A stretch of 64,000 nt of DNA from Verrucomicrobiota bacterium (lineage in GTDB: Bacteria; Verrucomicrobiota; Verrucomicrobiia; Verrucomicrobiales; DEV007). Location: positions 32,001 through 96,000 of the forward strand of contig JASFYY010000002.1 in the NCBI GenBank assembly GCA_045046875.1. The letters run 5' to 3'. A program made the position numbers and the translations under genes. Below the pieces are notes generated by a model. It saw only the letters and a list, made by a program, of their open reading frames with translations. It had not been told where the DNA came from and ran no database searches. Positions 41,796 to 52,718 of the stretch are shown in pieces. Each line of letters starts with the position of its first letter. The first letter of the stretch is position 1.

Positions 41796-43127
41796 TCAGG
41801 AATCTTCACTGGTTGCTGCTTTGGCTTCAACATCGGTGATTTTAGCATTCGCCCTGAGGAAATCAAGAGTTCTGCCGATGGTGATGCGGTGTTGGATATC
41901 TCCGAAACCATTGGAATCACGCAGTTCGCGCACCAGTTTTTTGATCGGGCGTCCTGATTGGGCTGCCATCATGGCCACTTGTTGGCGAATGTCCTCGTCA
42001 TTGGCCTCGATGTTTTCTTTTTTGGCGATTTGCTCAAGCACAAAAGTGGTTTTCACATTGGAGCGACCCTGCGTAGCAGCGGTGTCCATGATCTGTTCCT
42101 GTTGTTCCATGATCTGCTCATCGGCGATGCCATTTTGCTGGCCTTGTTGCACCATGGTATTGACCATGCGCTGGGTTTCGGTTTGCACCAGGTGTTCGGG
42201 TAAGTCAAAAGCCAGGTCTTTGGTCAAGTGAGTCAGAATCTGGTCAGTCATCGAATCGGTGCGACGAGTTTCCTTTTCGCTTTTCATGTTCTCTTCGATG
42301 AGAGTGCGTATTTCCTCCAGTGTTTTGCCGGGCTGGATTTTTTCGGCGAGTTCGTCATTCAACTCAGGCAGCTCCTGTTGCTGGATTTTTTTGACTACCA
42401 CATCGTAAACCAGTTCTTTGCCGCGTAGATCTTCAAAAGCAAAATCATCGTTGAGGGTGATTTTCACTTCTTTGTTTTCCTCGGGTTTCATGCCGATCAG
42501 TTGAGCCGTAAAACCGGGCAAAAAGCTTTCTTCGTCTATTTTGACCCAGAAACCTTCGTTTTCCGCCAGGGCACCCACTTCAAAATCAGCTTCAGCAAGA
42601 GGTTTGCCATCAAGAGTGGCCTTGTAGTCGACAATCGCAAAATCACCTTCAGCTACGGGGCCGTCAACTTCGTTGAATTCGGCAAAGCGTTCGCGCAGAT
42701 TGTTGATGGTTTCATTTACTTCCTGGTCGCTTACAGCTACGATCTCAAGTTCAACTGGGATTTCGTTGTAATCAGGCAAGCTGAAATCCGGAGCGGTGAT
42801 TAGTTGGGTTTTAAAGGTGAAAGTCTGGTCGGGGTGGAAAGTGGCGTCTTCCGTTTTTCCAAGTCCGATAACGTCGGATTCCTCTTTTTCAGCTGCACTG
42901 GTGCAGCCGTTGCGGACCAAGCGGTCTCTCAGTTCTTCTTCGATTCCTTTGGCAAAGCGTTTTTCGATAATGCTGCGCGGTATTTTACCCGGACGGTAAC
43001 CAGGCACTTTGGCTTGGTTGGCAAATGAAGAGATAATCTCCTTACGCTCACTGTTAACGGTGTCCGCAGGGACTTCGATATGGGCAGCGACCTGGCAATT
43101 GGCTTGTTTTTCCAAAGTAATATTCAT
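41796..43127 (-). CDS. tig: Trigger factor
   Basis: VPGYRPGKIP signature, FKBP-like middle domain; upstream of clpP. Confidence 0.95.
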   Translation of the reverse strand: MNITLEKQANCQVAAHIEVPADTVNSERKEIISSFANQAKVPGYRPGKIPRSIIEKRFAKGIEEELRDRLVRNGCTSAAEKEESDVIGLGKTEDATFHPDQTFTFKTQLITAPDFSLPDYNEIPVELEIVAVSDQEVNETINNLRERFAEFNEVDGPVAEGDFAIVDYKATLDGKPLAEADFEVGALAENEGFWVKIDEESFLPGFTAQLIGMKPEENKEVKITLNDDFAFEDLRGKELVYDVVVKKIQQQELPELNDELAEKIQPGKTLEEIRTLIEENMKSEKETRRTDSMTDQILTHLTKDLAFDLPEHLVQTETQRMVNTMVQQGQQNGIADEQIMEQQEQIMDTAATQGRSNVKTTFVLEQIAKKENIEANDEDIRQQVAMMAAQSGRPIKKLVRELRDSNGFGDIQHRITIGRTLDFLRANAKITDVEAKAATSEDS

Positions 43128-43192
43128 CGATTCAAAGCTGAAAGTGTTTTAAAAACGGGTCGGATAGTAGTGCAGACTTGGGCTTTTTGCAT

Positions 43193-44557
43193 CTATTTAT
43201 TTGTTGTGCTGTATTCCGCTTGCCATTTGGCTAATGTGGACTCGACTCCTTTGGGGCCTACGGCTGCGATTATCAGGCGTTCTGGCGTGAAAAGTTCGTT
43301 GGCTACGTGGCGTATTTGCTCAAGATGGACGGCTTCGAGGCGCTGTTGGGATTTTGCGGGGTCGATCAATTTTCCGTAGGCCATGATGCTTTCTCCGAGC
43401 CAGGTCATTTGTGAAGAAGTGCTCTCTAGTGCGATTTGGCTTTGGCCGATGGCGTAGGATTTGGCTTCTGCCAGCATCTGGGCATCGGCTAGGTTATGGC
43501 GCAGGTCAATGAGGGTGTGGGTGATCACTTCCAGCGCACGCGTGAGGTGTTGCGGATCCAAAGCACAATAGATGTGGAACATGCCGGCATCTTCAAAGGT
43601 GGTGACGTCGCTTTGGATGCTGTAACAGACAGCTTCTTCTTCGCGCAATTTTTGAAATAACAAGGAGCTCATGTTTTCACCCAATAAGACACTGAGCAAT
43701 TTTTGTGAGTAACGGTGGTCGTCCTTGCGATCAAAGGCGTGGAATGCGATCGAAAAGTGTATTTGTTCGGTTTCCCTAGTGGCTACAGAGAAGGCGGCTG
43801 GGGACTTCTGCAAACAGGGTTTTTCTAGAATAGGCAATGTTCCCGCAGGTAAATCTGCCATTCGAGAGGCGACTGCGTCGAGGGTTTGCTGATGGGTGAT
43901 GTTGCCCGCAGCGGCGATAATGCTTTGACAGCCGACGTAGTGGCGGTCAAAAAAGTGTCTTAATTCGCTTTGGCCAAGGGCGCTGGTACTTTTGGTGGTT
44001 CCGGTGATGGGTCTGCCAAGGGGGTTTTGTTCTCCCCAGGCAGCGCCGCTGAGCAGATCATCGAGATACTGGGATGGCTGGTCAAAAACCATGGCAATCT
44101 CTTCTTTGATCACGGATCTTTCGTTATCGATATCGGCGGGTTTCAGCGCGGGGTGTTGATACATGTCCGCTATGACATCGGCCATCGATTCAAATAATTC
44201 GGCAGGGCCACGGGCGTAATAACAGGTATGGTCTTCACTGGTATAAGCGTCGAGGCTGCCTCCGGCACCCTCGATTTCCCGTGCGATGGCACTGGCTGAA
44301 CGGGTTTGCGTTCCTTTGAAGAGCAGGTGTTCGACAAAGTGAGCTGCGCCATGTTCGCTGGCACTTTCATGGCGACTGCCGACAGCGGCCCAAAAACCCA
44401 GCGAGGCGCTCGCCATGTGGGGCATTTCAGCGGTGGCGATTCGCAAGCCGTTAGGCAATTCGCTGATTTGATAAACGACGTTTGCTGATATCTGCAAACG
44501 CTGGCAGGGATAGTCGGCGGAAAGTGTATCGCGGGATGTTGCGTAAGAGGAACTCAT
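43193..44557 (-). CDS. M16-family zinc peptidase
   Basis: LPNGLRI, GSRHE, HFVEH (HxxEH), AYTSEDHT. Confidence 0.93.
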   Translation of the reverse strand: MSSSYATSRDTLSADYPCQRLQISANVVYQISELPNGLRIATAEMPHMASASLGFWAAVGSRHESASEHGAAHFVEHLLFKGTQTRSASAIAREIEGAGGSLDAYTSEDHTCYYARGPAELFESMADVIADMYQHPALKPADIDNERSVIKEEIAMVFDQPSQYLDDLLSGAAWGEQNPLGRPITGTTKSTSALGQSELRHFFDRHYVGCQSIIAAAGNITHQQTLDAVASRMADLPAGTLPILEKPCLQKSPAAFSVATRETEQIHFSIAFHAFDRKDDHRYSQKLLSVLLGENMSSLLFQKLREEEAVCYSIQSDVTTFEDAGMFHIYCALDPQHLTRALEVITHTLIDLRHNLADAQMLAEAKSYAIGQSQIALESTSSQMTWLGESIMAYGKLIDPAKSQQRLEAVHLEQIRHVANELFTPERLIIAAVGPKGVESTLAKWQAEYSTTNK

Positions 44558-45255
44558 GGTCGGGATCGGTTTTTGATCAGTGCCTCTGCCAGTGGCAGGT
44601 CATCAGCCAAGGTGATTTTGGGATTGGCGGATTCATTTTCAATCAGATGAATAGCCTGTGATGGATCAAAGCGTTGCACAGCTGACACCTCGTCTGTAAC
44701 GATCACAGAATCATGCGTAGCTGCGCGACTGGCCTGGGCAATCAAGTCTGCGGCAAAAGCCTGGGGGGTCTCCATGCGCCAGAGGTTTTCCCGTTCTACA
44801 CTGTCTGTGACGATAGCGGATTCATCCGTTCGTTTGAGGGTATCACTCACCCGTTGGGCCAAACTGGCAGCACCATACTTTTCAGCGCCGTTGATGCATT
44901 GGCAGATGGCCTCATCTTTGATTAATGGACGCGCTCCATCATGAACAAGAATAGTTTTAGCGCCGGCGATTTTTTTCAGCGCCGTTTGAATTCCATTTGA
45001 TACAGATTCACAGCGCTCGGCACCACCTTTAACCACGGTATTAAGTTTATCGATGCCGTGCTGCTCAGCAAGTGTATGAAACTCCTCTGTGCGGGAGTCA
45101 GCAGCGACCACTATGATATGATCCACTTTTTGGCAGTTTTGGAAAGCCAAGAGGGAATGAGCTAAAACAGGAAGTCCGGCCAGCGGGGCGGTTAGTTTGT
45201 CGAAACCCATGCGGCGACTGTTACCTGCAGCTACAATGATCGCCACCGTGCTCAT
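44554..45255 (-). CDS. ispD: 2-C-methyl-D-erythritol 4-phosphate cytidylyltransferase
   Basis: AAGNSRRMG.DK, GGAER.ESV, VHDGARP, ETPQAF, N.KIT..DL. Confidence 0.95.
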   Translation of the reverse strand: MSTVAIIVAAGNSRRMGFDKLTAPLAGLPVLAHSLLAFQNCQKVDHIIVVAADSRTEEFHTLAEQHGIDKLNTVVKGGAERCESVSNGIQTALKKIAGAKTILVHDGARPLIKDEAICQCINGAEKYGAASLAQRVSDTLKRTDESAIVTDSVERENLWRMETPQAFAADLIAQASRAATHDSVIVTDEVSAVQRFDPSQAIHLIENESANPKITLADDLPLAEALIKNRSRP

Positions 45256-45264
45256 TTGAAGGAT

Positions 45265-45720
45265 TTAGGAAAGGCGTTGCATCACTCCCTGGGAGAGAGA
45301 TTTGTTGTCAGCTCGTCCGGCGATTTTTTCCTGTAAGACTTTCATCACGGCCCCCATGTCCTTACGGGAAGTGGCGCCGATCTCTGCGATCGAGGCATCG
45401 ATCATGGCATTCACTTCTTCTTCAGCCAGAGCTGTGGGAAGATAGTTTTCGAGTACGGCAATTTCCGCACTTTCTTTTTCCACCAGCTCATCACGTCCGC
45501 CCTTTTTGTATTCTTCGACGGAGTCCTGACGCTGTTTGATTTGCTTGCGGATCACTGCCAGGGCTTCGACTTCGTCCAACTCGGCATCTGCCCCGCCTTT
45601 TTCAATAGCGGCGTATTTGATCGCTGATTTCAAAGCTCTCAATACCATCAAGGCATTCGAGTCCTTGGCTCGCATGGCGTTTTTCAGGTCTTCACCGATT
45701 TGTTGGTTCAAAGTACTCAT
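45265..45720 (-). CDS. GatB/YqeY domain protein
   Basis: DLKNAMRAKD, KQIKQRQDS..Y..GR..L..E..E..L..YLP, KDMG.VM. Confidence 0.93.
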   Translation of the reverse strand: MSTLNQQIGEDLKNAMRAKDSNALMVLRALKSAIKYAAIEKGGADAELDEVEALAVIRKQIKQRQDSVEEYKKGGRDELVEKESAEIAVLENYLPTALAEEEVNAMIDASIAEIGATSRKDMGAVMKVLQEKIAGRADNKSLSQGVMQRLS

Positions 45721-45756
45721 AAGATTAATTTAGTGGTTAATTTTTATAACTCAAGC

Positions 45757-47745
45757 TCAGTCCGCTTTGACCGCAGAGACGATAGCTTCAACGGTGAGGC
45801 CTAGTTTTTCCATCACCTGGGTTGCCGGAGCGCTGATTCCAAATCGGTCGATGCCGACCACTTTGCCGGCGGTTCCTACGTATTTATACCACAGCCCGCT
45901 GACGCCGGCTTCGATCGCAACACGTTGAGTGCAGGATGCTGGCAAGACGGATTCGCGGTAGTCGTCCGGCATGCGGTCGAAACGCTCCATGCAAGGCATG
46001 GATACGACACGGGCCCCGCCGCCGAGTTGTTCAGCGGCTTGGATGGCCAGTTCAACTTCGCTGCCGGTGGCAATGATGAGGGTTTCGAGCTCAGTGCTTT
46101 CCTGACGTGCAATGTAAGCGCCACGGCGCACTCCGTTGCGGCGTTCGCTGACGGAAATCTCATTTAGGGTGCGGACTTTTTGTCGGGTGAGAAAAAGCGC
46201 GGTAGGTCCGTCGGTGCGTTGCAGCGCCATGGCAAATGCGCCAGCGGTTTCTTCCGGGTCAGCGGGGCGGATGACGTCGAGGCCGGGAATGACCCGCAGA
46301 CCACTGACGGTTTCCACTGGTTGGTGAGTGGGTCCGTCTTCTCCTACACCGACTGAGTCGTGAGTGAGGATGTAGATGACGGGTAGATTAGCGAGCGCCG
46401 CAATCCGGATCGAGGGGCGCAGGTAGTCGGCAAAAACGGCAAAGGTCGCTCCGGAGGGTCGGAACAATCCGTCGTAAGCCATGCCGTTGCAGATGGCACC
46501 CATCGCATGCTCGCGGATTCCGAACCAGATGTTGCGCCCCGAGTAGTTGTCACGGCCGAAGTCGCCCGCTTCTTTGATGTAGTTTTTGGTTGAACCGTAA
46601 AGGTCCGCACTGCCGGTGACAAGATTGGGTACCATTTTGGCAAGTGATTGCATCACGACTCCACCGGCTCCACGAGTGGCATCCGTGTAGTCCTGGTCAA
46701 ATTCCGGGATTTGCTGATCAAGGTCGGTAGGAATCGAGTTGGCCAGGGCTTGAGTCAGGCTTTCAGCGAGTGCAGGGTTGCTCTCGCTCCAGTTAGCGAA
46801 GAGTGATTCCCATTCAGCGTAGTTGTTGGCCTGGTTTTCCTGGCGTTGGGCAAAAAATGTTTTCACTCCATCAGACACATAAAATAACTGGTCGGCGGGC
46901 AGTCCAAGACCAGCACGAGCGCTATCTGCGTAGTTGGCGCCGCTTTCACCATGTCCGGCAGCCGTGCCTGCGACTTCGGGAATGCCACGACCGATTTCAG
47001 TTTTGATTTCGATCAGCTTGGGTTTGCCGTTGTTATCGTTTTTGGCTTTAGCGAATGCCTGGGCAAAAGCTTCCATGTCGTGGCCGTCAATGGTCACCAC
47101 GTCCCAGCCATAGGCGTCAAAACGTTTGGCCGTATCCTCGCTTTGTGAACGATCTGCCATGGCGTCGAGAGTGACGTCGTTTGAATCATAGATCAAAACC
47201 AGGTTGTCCAGGCCAATGTGGCCGGCATAAGAGGCGGCTTCCGCTGAGATGCCTTCCTGCAAACAACCGTCACCCGCCAAAACCACGATATGGTAATCAA
47301 GGATGGTGTGTTCATCGGTATTGAACTTGGCCGCTGCCATTTTGGCGGAGACTGCGTAACCGACAGCATTGCCGATGCCCTGACCGAGTGGTCCGGTGGT
47401 GGCTTCGACACCTGGAGTTTCATTAAATTCAGGATGGCCGGGGGTTTTGCTGCCCATCTGGCGGAAATTTTTCACTTCATCCAGCGACAAATCGTAACCG
47501 GCGAGGTGCAACCAGGAGTATAGGAACATGCTGCCATGGCCGGCTGAGAGGATGAAGCGGTCGCGATTGACCCATTTGGGAACCGAAGGATTGAATTGCA
47601 GTGCCTGGCCGAATAGCACCGCTCCGACATCCGCAGCTCCCAAAGGCAGACCAAGATGGCCTGAGCTGCATGCGTGTATGGCGTCGATGGCGAGCCCTCG
47701 TGCGGTGGCTGCTGATTCTGCTAAAATTTCCTGATTATCGATCAT
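45757..47745 (-). CDS. tkt: Transketolase
   Basis: [52 protein letters not shown]. Confidence 0.98.
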   Translation of the reverse strand: MIDNQEILAESAATARGLAIDAIHACSSGHLGLPLGAADVGAVLFGQALQFNPSVPKWVNRDRFILSAGHGSMFLYSWLHLAGYDLSLDEVKNFRQMGSKTPGHPEFNETPGVEATTGPLGQGIGNAVGYAVSAKMAAAKFNTDEHTILDYHIVVLAGDGCLQEGISAEAASYAGHIGLDNLVLIYDSNDVTLDAMADRSQSEDTAKRFDAYGWDVVTIDGHDMEAFAQAFAKAKNDNNGKPKLIEIKTEIGRGIPEVAGTAAGHGESGANYADSARAGLGLPADQLFYVSDGVKTFFAQRQENQANNYAEWESLFANWSESNPALAESLTQALANSIPTDLDQQIPEFDQDYTDATRGAGGVVMQSLAKMVPNLVTGSADLYGSTKNYIKEAGDFGRDNYSGRNIWFGIREHAMGAICNGMAYDGLFRPSGATFAVFADYLRPSIRIAALANLPVIYILTHDSVGVGEDGPTHQPVETVSGLRVIPGLDVIRPADPEETAGAFAMALQRTDGPTALFLTRQKVRTLNEISVSERRNGVRRGAYIARQESTELETLIIATGSEVELAIQAAEQLGGGARVVSMPCMERFDRMPDDYRESVLPASCTQRVAIEAGVSGLWYKYVGTAGKVVGIDRFGISAPATQVMEKLGLTVEAIVSAVKAD

Positions 47746-48046
47746 CGTATGGTGCGTTGAAGTTTTGAATCCGGCGCTAGTGATAAATGTGACCGTAATT
47801 CGAGCGCTGCACCGATAAAAGAAAGCGTGTCATCTTTCAAGGGAAAGTGCCCCTGTGCGGGCTCTTAATCATGAATTTGAGCGAAAAAACACTGATCATT
47901 GAGTCAAATGGCGCATTTGCTTGAAATTCTAAGGTGACAGCGGCGGAAAAGTCAGCATCATACCAACCTTGCTCCTTCATTGGTAATAAATTGGAAAACC
48001 GATGATATCATGTGGGCAGCAAGGGAAAATCATAACTTCGTCGCGT

Positions 48047-48937
48047 ATGTCAGATAACACTGCAGCAAGAAAATTGAAAATCGGGCTTCCCAAAGGAAGC
48101 TTGCAAGAGCCCACTCTCGAATTATTCGATAAAGCCGGGTATCAAATCAGTGGCGCTTCGCGTTCGTATCGTCCGATGATTGATGATCCGGAAATCGAGA
48201 TCCGCCTGCTTCGCGCTCAGGAAATCGGGCGTTATGTGGATCACGGTTTTTTGGATTGTGGTATCACCGGCCGGGATTGGGTGGCGGAAAACCAAGCGGA
48301 AGTAGAAGTGCTGTGTGATTTACAGTATTCGCGAGCGACGTCCAACCCGACGCGTTGGGTATTGGCGGTTCCCGAAGATTCTCCCTATAAAAGTGTCAAA
48401 GATTTGCAGGGCAAACGCATTGCCACGGAAGCGACGGGTTTGGTAGAGCGCTACCTTGAAGAGAATGGAGTGGAAGCGGAAGTGGAGTTTTCCTGGGGTG
48501 CTACAGAGGTAAAAGTTCCTGAGTTGGTGGATGCGATCGTGGATATCACCGAGACCGGTTCTTCCTTGAAGGCTAACAACTTACGCATCATGGATACCCT
48601 GATGGAGTCTTATCCGCAGTTTATTTCCAATACAGAAAGTTTTAAGGACAAATGGAAGCAGGAGAAGATGAAACGGCTCTCGCTTTTACTGGAAGCAGCC
48701 TTGTTGGCGCGGGATATGGTGGGTTTGAAGCTCAATCTGCCCGAAAACAAGTTGCAAAAGCTAATAGAAACTCTACCGTCGCTGCGTCAGCCAACGGTAT
48801 CGCACTTGACGCAGGATGGATGGGTCGCTGTAGAAACAGTGATTTCTGAAAAAACTGTGCGTGATATCATTCCTGAATTAAAGGAACTGGGGGCAGAGGG
48901 GATTATAGAATATACTCTCAACAAAGTAGTCAATTAA
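48047..48937 (+). CDS. hisG: ATP phosphoribosyltransferase (long form)
   Basis: [33 protein letters not shown]-terminal regulatory domain; start at MSDNT is inferred. Confidence 0.96.
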   Translation: MSDNTAARKLKIGLPKGSLQEPTLELFDKAGYQISGASRSYRPMIDDPEIEIRLLRAQEIGRYVDHGFLDCGITGRDWVAENQAEVEVLCDLQYSRATSNPTRWVLAVPEDSPYKSVKDLQGKRIATEATGLVERYLEENGVEAEVEFSWGATEVKVPELVDAIVDITETGSSLKANNLRIMDTLMESYPQFISNTESFKDKWKQEKMKRLSLLLEAALLARDMVGLKLNLPENKLQKLIETLPSLRQPTVSHLTQDGWVAVETVISEKTVRDIIPELKELGAEGIIEYTLNKVVN

Positions 48938-49026
48938 AGGCTATCAAGGTGCCGTCAGTGCTTTTCTCTCGGGAGCGAGAGGAAATTAGCAGGAAGGCCG
49001 GACAACTTAAACACGAAACATAAGCT

Positions 49027-49131
49027 ATGGGTTCGCTCAAAAAAAGACGTAAAACTAAGATCAACAAGCACAAGAGGCGGAAGTTGAGCAAACGCAATCG
49101 CCATAAGAAGCGTTTGCGTTACAAGTCCTAG
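49027..49131 (+). CDS. Small basic protein, bS22 / AURKAIP1-COX24 (mS38)-like
   Basis: Translated by hand: MGSLKKRRKTKINKHKRRKLSKRNRHKKRLRYKS*; below the ORF-track cutoff. Confidence 0.85.
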   Translation: MGSLKKRRKTKINKHKRRKLSKRNRHKKRLRYKS

Positions 49132-49147
49132 GGGCTAAGCTTTTGCT

Positions 49148-51088
49148 ATGAACCCTGCTAAGACCAACGATCAATCTATTAAGATCAATCGTTGGCAGGC
49201 TTTTCAAAGCGCAGGGTTTTTGATCAATAATAAATTTGGTGGAGCTTTTACAGGCTTCGCTATTTTTTGTGCCTGCATCACTCCTTTGAGTGCAGCCAAG
49301 CCATTGAGTAGCTCGGTGCAAAAGGACGATGGCTTGGATGATCGTGCCGAGGTGTATGTGGATCGGTTTTTTCCACCAAACCCCCGTTTGTCCCTGCTTG
49401 GAGCGGGACAGTTGCGAGCGGACGCTTTGGCGCATTATTCCAGGGCTCTTGCTTTTGAAAAGGAGAAAAACTTTGATGCGGCTTTGAAAGCCTATAGCGA
49501 GGTCTTGCGCCTGACACCGGCTAACGTGGTATTGGCACGAAAGGTTGCTTATCTGCAGGCATCCGGTGGCCGTTTGAAAGAAGCGCGGGAGATATTAGAA
49601 AAATCCCTGCAGCTCAATCCGCTGGTGGCACAAGCGTATTTGTCTTATTCCGAGTTTTTGCTCACCTATTATGCAGATTCTGCCGAGGATAGAAAAAAGG
49701 CCATGCTGCTGGCGGAAGACGCTGAACAGAAATTTGCGGATGATGCGGTGGTTTACGATCACCTGATCCGCTTGTATTTAGTCAGTCGGCAAACGGATAA
49801 AGCCAAAGCCGCGATTGACCGGGCATTAAAACAAGAGTCAGCAGAACCTGATTTCTGGCTGAAAATAGCGATGATCGCGCAACGTGTCTGGCCGTTGACT
49901 ACCAGTGCCGGACAAAAACCGATACTATTAAATGGTATTTATCAGAAAGTTTTGGACCATTCCAAGGATCAGGTGGAACCACAGGTAGCGGTTGCAGGTT
50001 TTTATAGCTCATCTCATCAAGCTCAAAAAGCGCGGGAGCTGTATGAGGAAATTATCCTTGAACATCCTGAGCGGCTCGATCTTCGCAAAAAACTTGCTTC
50101 GGTTTATCAGGTGCTAGGCCAGCAGGAGAAAGTGATAGAGATATTACGTGATGTGGTGCAAATCGACCCTCGTGACGCGCAGACCAACCGATTGCTGGCG
50201 GAAGTGTATCGTGCTCGTAAGGATCCGGTGAATGCGGCGCATTTTTTGCAGCAAGCTTTGAAGATAAGCAAAGGCAGCGAGTCGGAGTACATGGATCTGG
50301 CCCAGCTTTTGCTTTCTGCTAGAAAGCCGGAAGAAGCGGTGCCGGTTCTGGAGCGTGCCGCCTATTATTATCCGGAAGAACCGTTTGTGGCATTTTTGCT
50401 GGCGGTCGCACGTTCGCGTGCCGAGCAATATGAAGATTCATTATCAGCTTTCGAGCGGGCGATATTATTAGGCAAAGAAACCCGGCCGGGTTTGTTGAAT
50501 GAACAATTTTATTTTCAGTATGGAGCTGCTGCAGAACGCGCAGGCAAGCTTGAGCAAGCAGCGACCTTGTTTCGCAAATCAATGAGTATTTTGGCGAAAA
50601 GCGGAGCTGAAGATGAAGAGAGCAAGGCTTTTGCGGCACAACTTTATAACTATCTGGGTTATATGTGGTTGGAAAATGACATGCATATTGATGAAGCGGG
50701 TGAGTTGATCAAAACAGCATTTGATTTGACTCCCGAATCGGGTGCGATTCGAGACAGCCTCGGTTGGTTTTATTTTAAGAAAAAACGATTCAAGGAAGCT
50801 CGGCTTGAGTTGAATAAAGCGATGGAGTTGATGCAAGAACCCGATCCTACCGTATTTGATCATTTGGCGCGGACCTATTTTCAATTAGGCATGAAAGAAG
50901 AAGCCTTGCAGCACATGCGCAAGGCGCTCGATTTGGATTCTGCTAATAAGGAATTTGTGGATCGCCTGCGTAAGTTTGAAACACAAGAGCCCCCCGTTTC
51001 ACAGACGATCCCTAAACCTTCAAATCCAGTGAAAAAGAAGCCGCTGCCGCCTGCAGTGGATAAGGAAAAAGGGGAAAAGGCCGCTTGA
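49148..51088 (+). CDS. Tetratricopeptide-repeat protein, probably exported
   Basis: Many TPR-like helices; C-terminal NYLGYMW..DSLGW..DHLA. Confidence 0.9.
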   Translation: MNPAKTNDQSIKINRWQAFQSAGFLINNKFGGAFTGFAIFCACITPLSAAKPLSSSVQKDDGLDDRAEVYVDRFFPPNPRLSLLGAGQLRADALAHYSRALAFEKEKNFDAALKAYSEVLRLTPANVVLARKVAYLQASGGRLKEAREILEKSLQLNPLVAQAYLSYSEFLLTYYADSAEDRKKAMLLAEDAEQKFADDAVVYDHLIRLYLVSRQTDKAKAAIDRALKQESAEPDFWLKIAMIAQRVWPLTTSAGQKPILLNGIYQKVLDHSKDQVEPQVAVAGFYSSSHQAQKARELYEEIILEHPERLDLRKKLASVYQVLGQQEKVIEILRDVVQIDPRDAQTNRLLAEVYRARKDPVNAAHFLQQALKISKGSESEYMDLAQLLLSARKPEEAVPVLERAAYYYPEEPFVAFLLAVARSRAEQYEDSLSAFERAILLGKETRPGLLNEQFYFQYGAAAERAGKLEQAATLFRKSMSILAKSGAEDEESKAFAAQLYNYLGYMWLENDMHIDEAGELIKTAFDLTPESGAIRDSLGWFYFKKKRFKEARLELNKAMELMQEPDPTVFDHLARTYFQLGMKEEALQHMRKALDLDSANKEFVDRLRKFETQEPPVSQTIPKPSNPVKKKPLPPAVDKEKGEKAA

Positions 51089-51325
51089 GTATCGGTATGA
51101 GATTCTGATAGGATTCCTTCAGCGGATCTTGCAGAAGAGAATCGCTGGATTTTGTGATTGCCTGTCTGTATAATGAAGTCTGGCTTGAGGTCAGCAAACT
51201 GGATCTAGTGACTTCTGGCTGGACTATAATCTATAAATAAACCTATGTTGCATTAAACAGTATTTGTTTGATGTGACCTTAGTAAAGCTTGTTTCACTAA
51301 TATATAAATAATACAAAATCTCCCA

Positions 51326-52345
51326 ATGAAAATTTCTTCTACAACCAATACCATAAGAAGCACGTTTTTAATGCTGTGTGTATTATTGGGAATTGTGATA
51401 GCCGATGATCAGCAATTGGCACAATCTTGGACTGGTGCGATTTACGGTGCGGTTTTTGCGTTATCCGTATTATTGCTCGATTTCATTTTGCGGAATTTCA
51501 CCATTAGGGGATTTTCGGCAGGCACTTTTGGTTTGTTGGTGGGCATGCTTTGTGCGCAGTTGATTGTTTGGACCAGAGTGTTTGAGGGCCCGTGGATGGA
51601 TAAGTACGCTTTAGGCAGCCACATATTTGGTTTGGGACTTTTTATCGGTTTTGGTTATTTGGGCATGATGTTGGCTTTGCGTACCAAGCGAGACGAGTTT
51701 TCCCTGATCATTCCTTACGTGCGATTTCGTCAGGATTCGGTGCATGACGAATCGATGTTGGTGGACACCAACGTGATTATAGACGGTCGTTTGTTGAAAT
51801 TGTGCGCGACGGGATTTTTGAGTGGTTCGTTGATTGTGCCGCAGTTTGTTTTGGATGAATTACAGGCTTTGAGCGATTCGGCGGATGAGGCCAAAAGGGG
51901 GCGCGGTAAACGCGGTTTGGATTGTTTGCGTCAGATGCAGGATGCTCCCGAATTGGAGGTCATCATCAATGATGATCTGGTATCAACGAAGGATGAAGTG
52001 GATAGTAAACTGGTTGAATTAGCTCAGAGGCTAGGGGCTCGTCTTTTGACCAATGACAGTGGTTTGGCAAAAGTGGCACGATTGCAGAAAGTGAATGTTT
52101 TATTGCTCAGTGAGCTGGCTTTGGCGATGCGACCAGTGGTTGCACCTGGTGATGAAGTGGAGCTTAATCTGGTGAAAGAAGGCCGTGACGAGCATCAAGC
52201 CGTTGGTTATTTGCCGGATGGCACCATGATCGTGGTCAATCGCGCAGTGGCTTTGATTGGCTCGTTGCAGTGGGTGGTGGTTGCAGGAGCGGTGCAAACC
52301 AGCGCCGGGCGTTTGATTTTCGCCGAGCTCAAAGAAAACGATTAA
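51326..52345 (+). CDS. Membrane PIN/TRAM-domain protein (YacL-like)
   Basis: About 4 TM; VDTNVIIDGR, FVLDELQ, RGKRGLD, TND, GYLPDGTMIVV, QTSAGRLIF. Confidence 0.92.
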   Translation: MKISSTTNTIRSTFLMLCVLLGIVIADDQQLAQSWTGAIYGAVFALSVLLLDFILRNFTIRGFSAGTFGLLVGMLCAQLIVWTRVFEGPWMDKYALGSHIFGLGLFIGFGYLGMMLALRTKRDEFSLIIPYVRFRQDSVHDESMLVDTNVIIDGRLLKLCATGFLSGSLIVPQFVLDELQALSDSADEAKRGRGKRGLDCLRQMQDAPELEVIINDDLVSTKDEVDSKLVELAQRLGARLLTNDSGLAKVARLQKVNVLLLSELALAMRPVVAPGDEVELNLVKEGRDEHQAVGYLPDGTMIVVNRAVALIGSLQWVVVAGAVQTSAGRLIFAELKEND

Positions 52346-52393
52346 AAGTAATACTTCTAGACGGTGACTTGATGAAATTGAAGGGGAAGGGGG

Positions 52394-52422
52394 AACCTGC
52401 CGCCTGGAACCAGGGGCAGGTT
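52394..52422. terminator. Hairpin between convergent genes
   Basis: AACCTGCC..CTGG-AA-CCAG..GGCAGGTT. Confidence 0.5.
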
Positions 52423-52469
52423 ATAAGTGTTATCCGTTATTCTCGATTGAGATTCGGATGGTTGCGCGA

Positions 52470-52718
52470 TCAATCCTGTTGATCGGCGTCGGCTATGTTT
52501 TGCAGGGCGTTGATGAAGTCTTCCAGCACTTCACAAGGCACCATAATGGTGTCTCTGCGTCCGCGCACATCTTCTGTAATCTTCACAAAACTACCGCGGT
52601 CATTTTCTTTCAAGTCGAGAAAGAAAATTTTGCGATCCGAAAATATTTTTTCGGAATGCGTGGGTTCATCATCACGTCTGCGGTTATCTTGTCTTTGATC
52701 TTCTTCGTATTCAATCAT
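52470..52718 (-). CDS. Single PUR-repeat (PurA/DUF3276-like) ssDNA/RNA-binding protein
   Basis: SEKI..RKIFFLDLKENDRG.FVKITED..RRDTI.VP. Confidence 0.85.
   Translation of the reverse strand: MIEYEEDQRQDNRRRDDEPTHSEKIFSDRKIFFLDLKENDRGSFVKITEDVRGRRDTIMVPCEVLEDFINALQNIADADQQD

Noticed and set aside
47746..48046. His attenuator leader upstream of hisG
   Set aside because: No His-codon-rich leader peptide or terminator/antiterminator pair is visible.
48955..49005. SRP (4.5S) RNA
   Set aside because: Lacks the CAGG-GNRA-AGCA domain IV arrangement; kept only as a hairpin.
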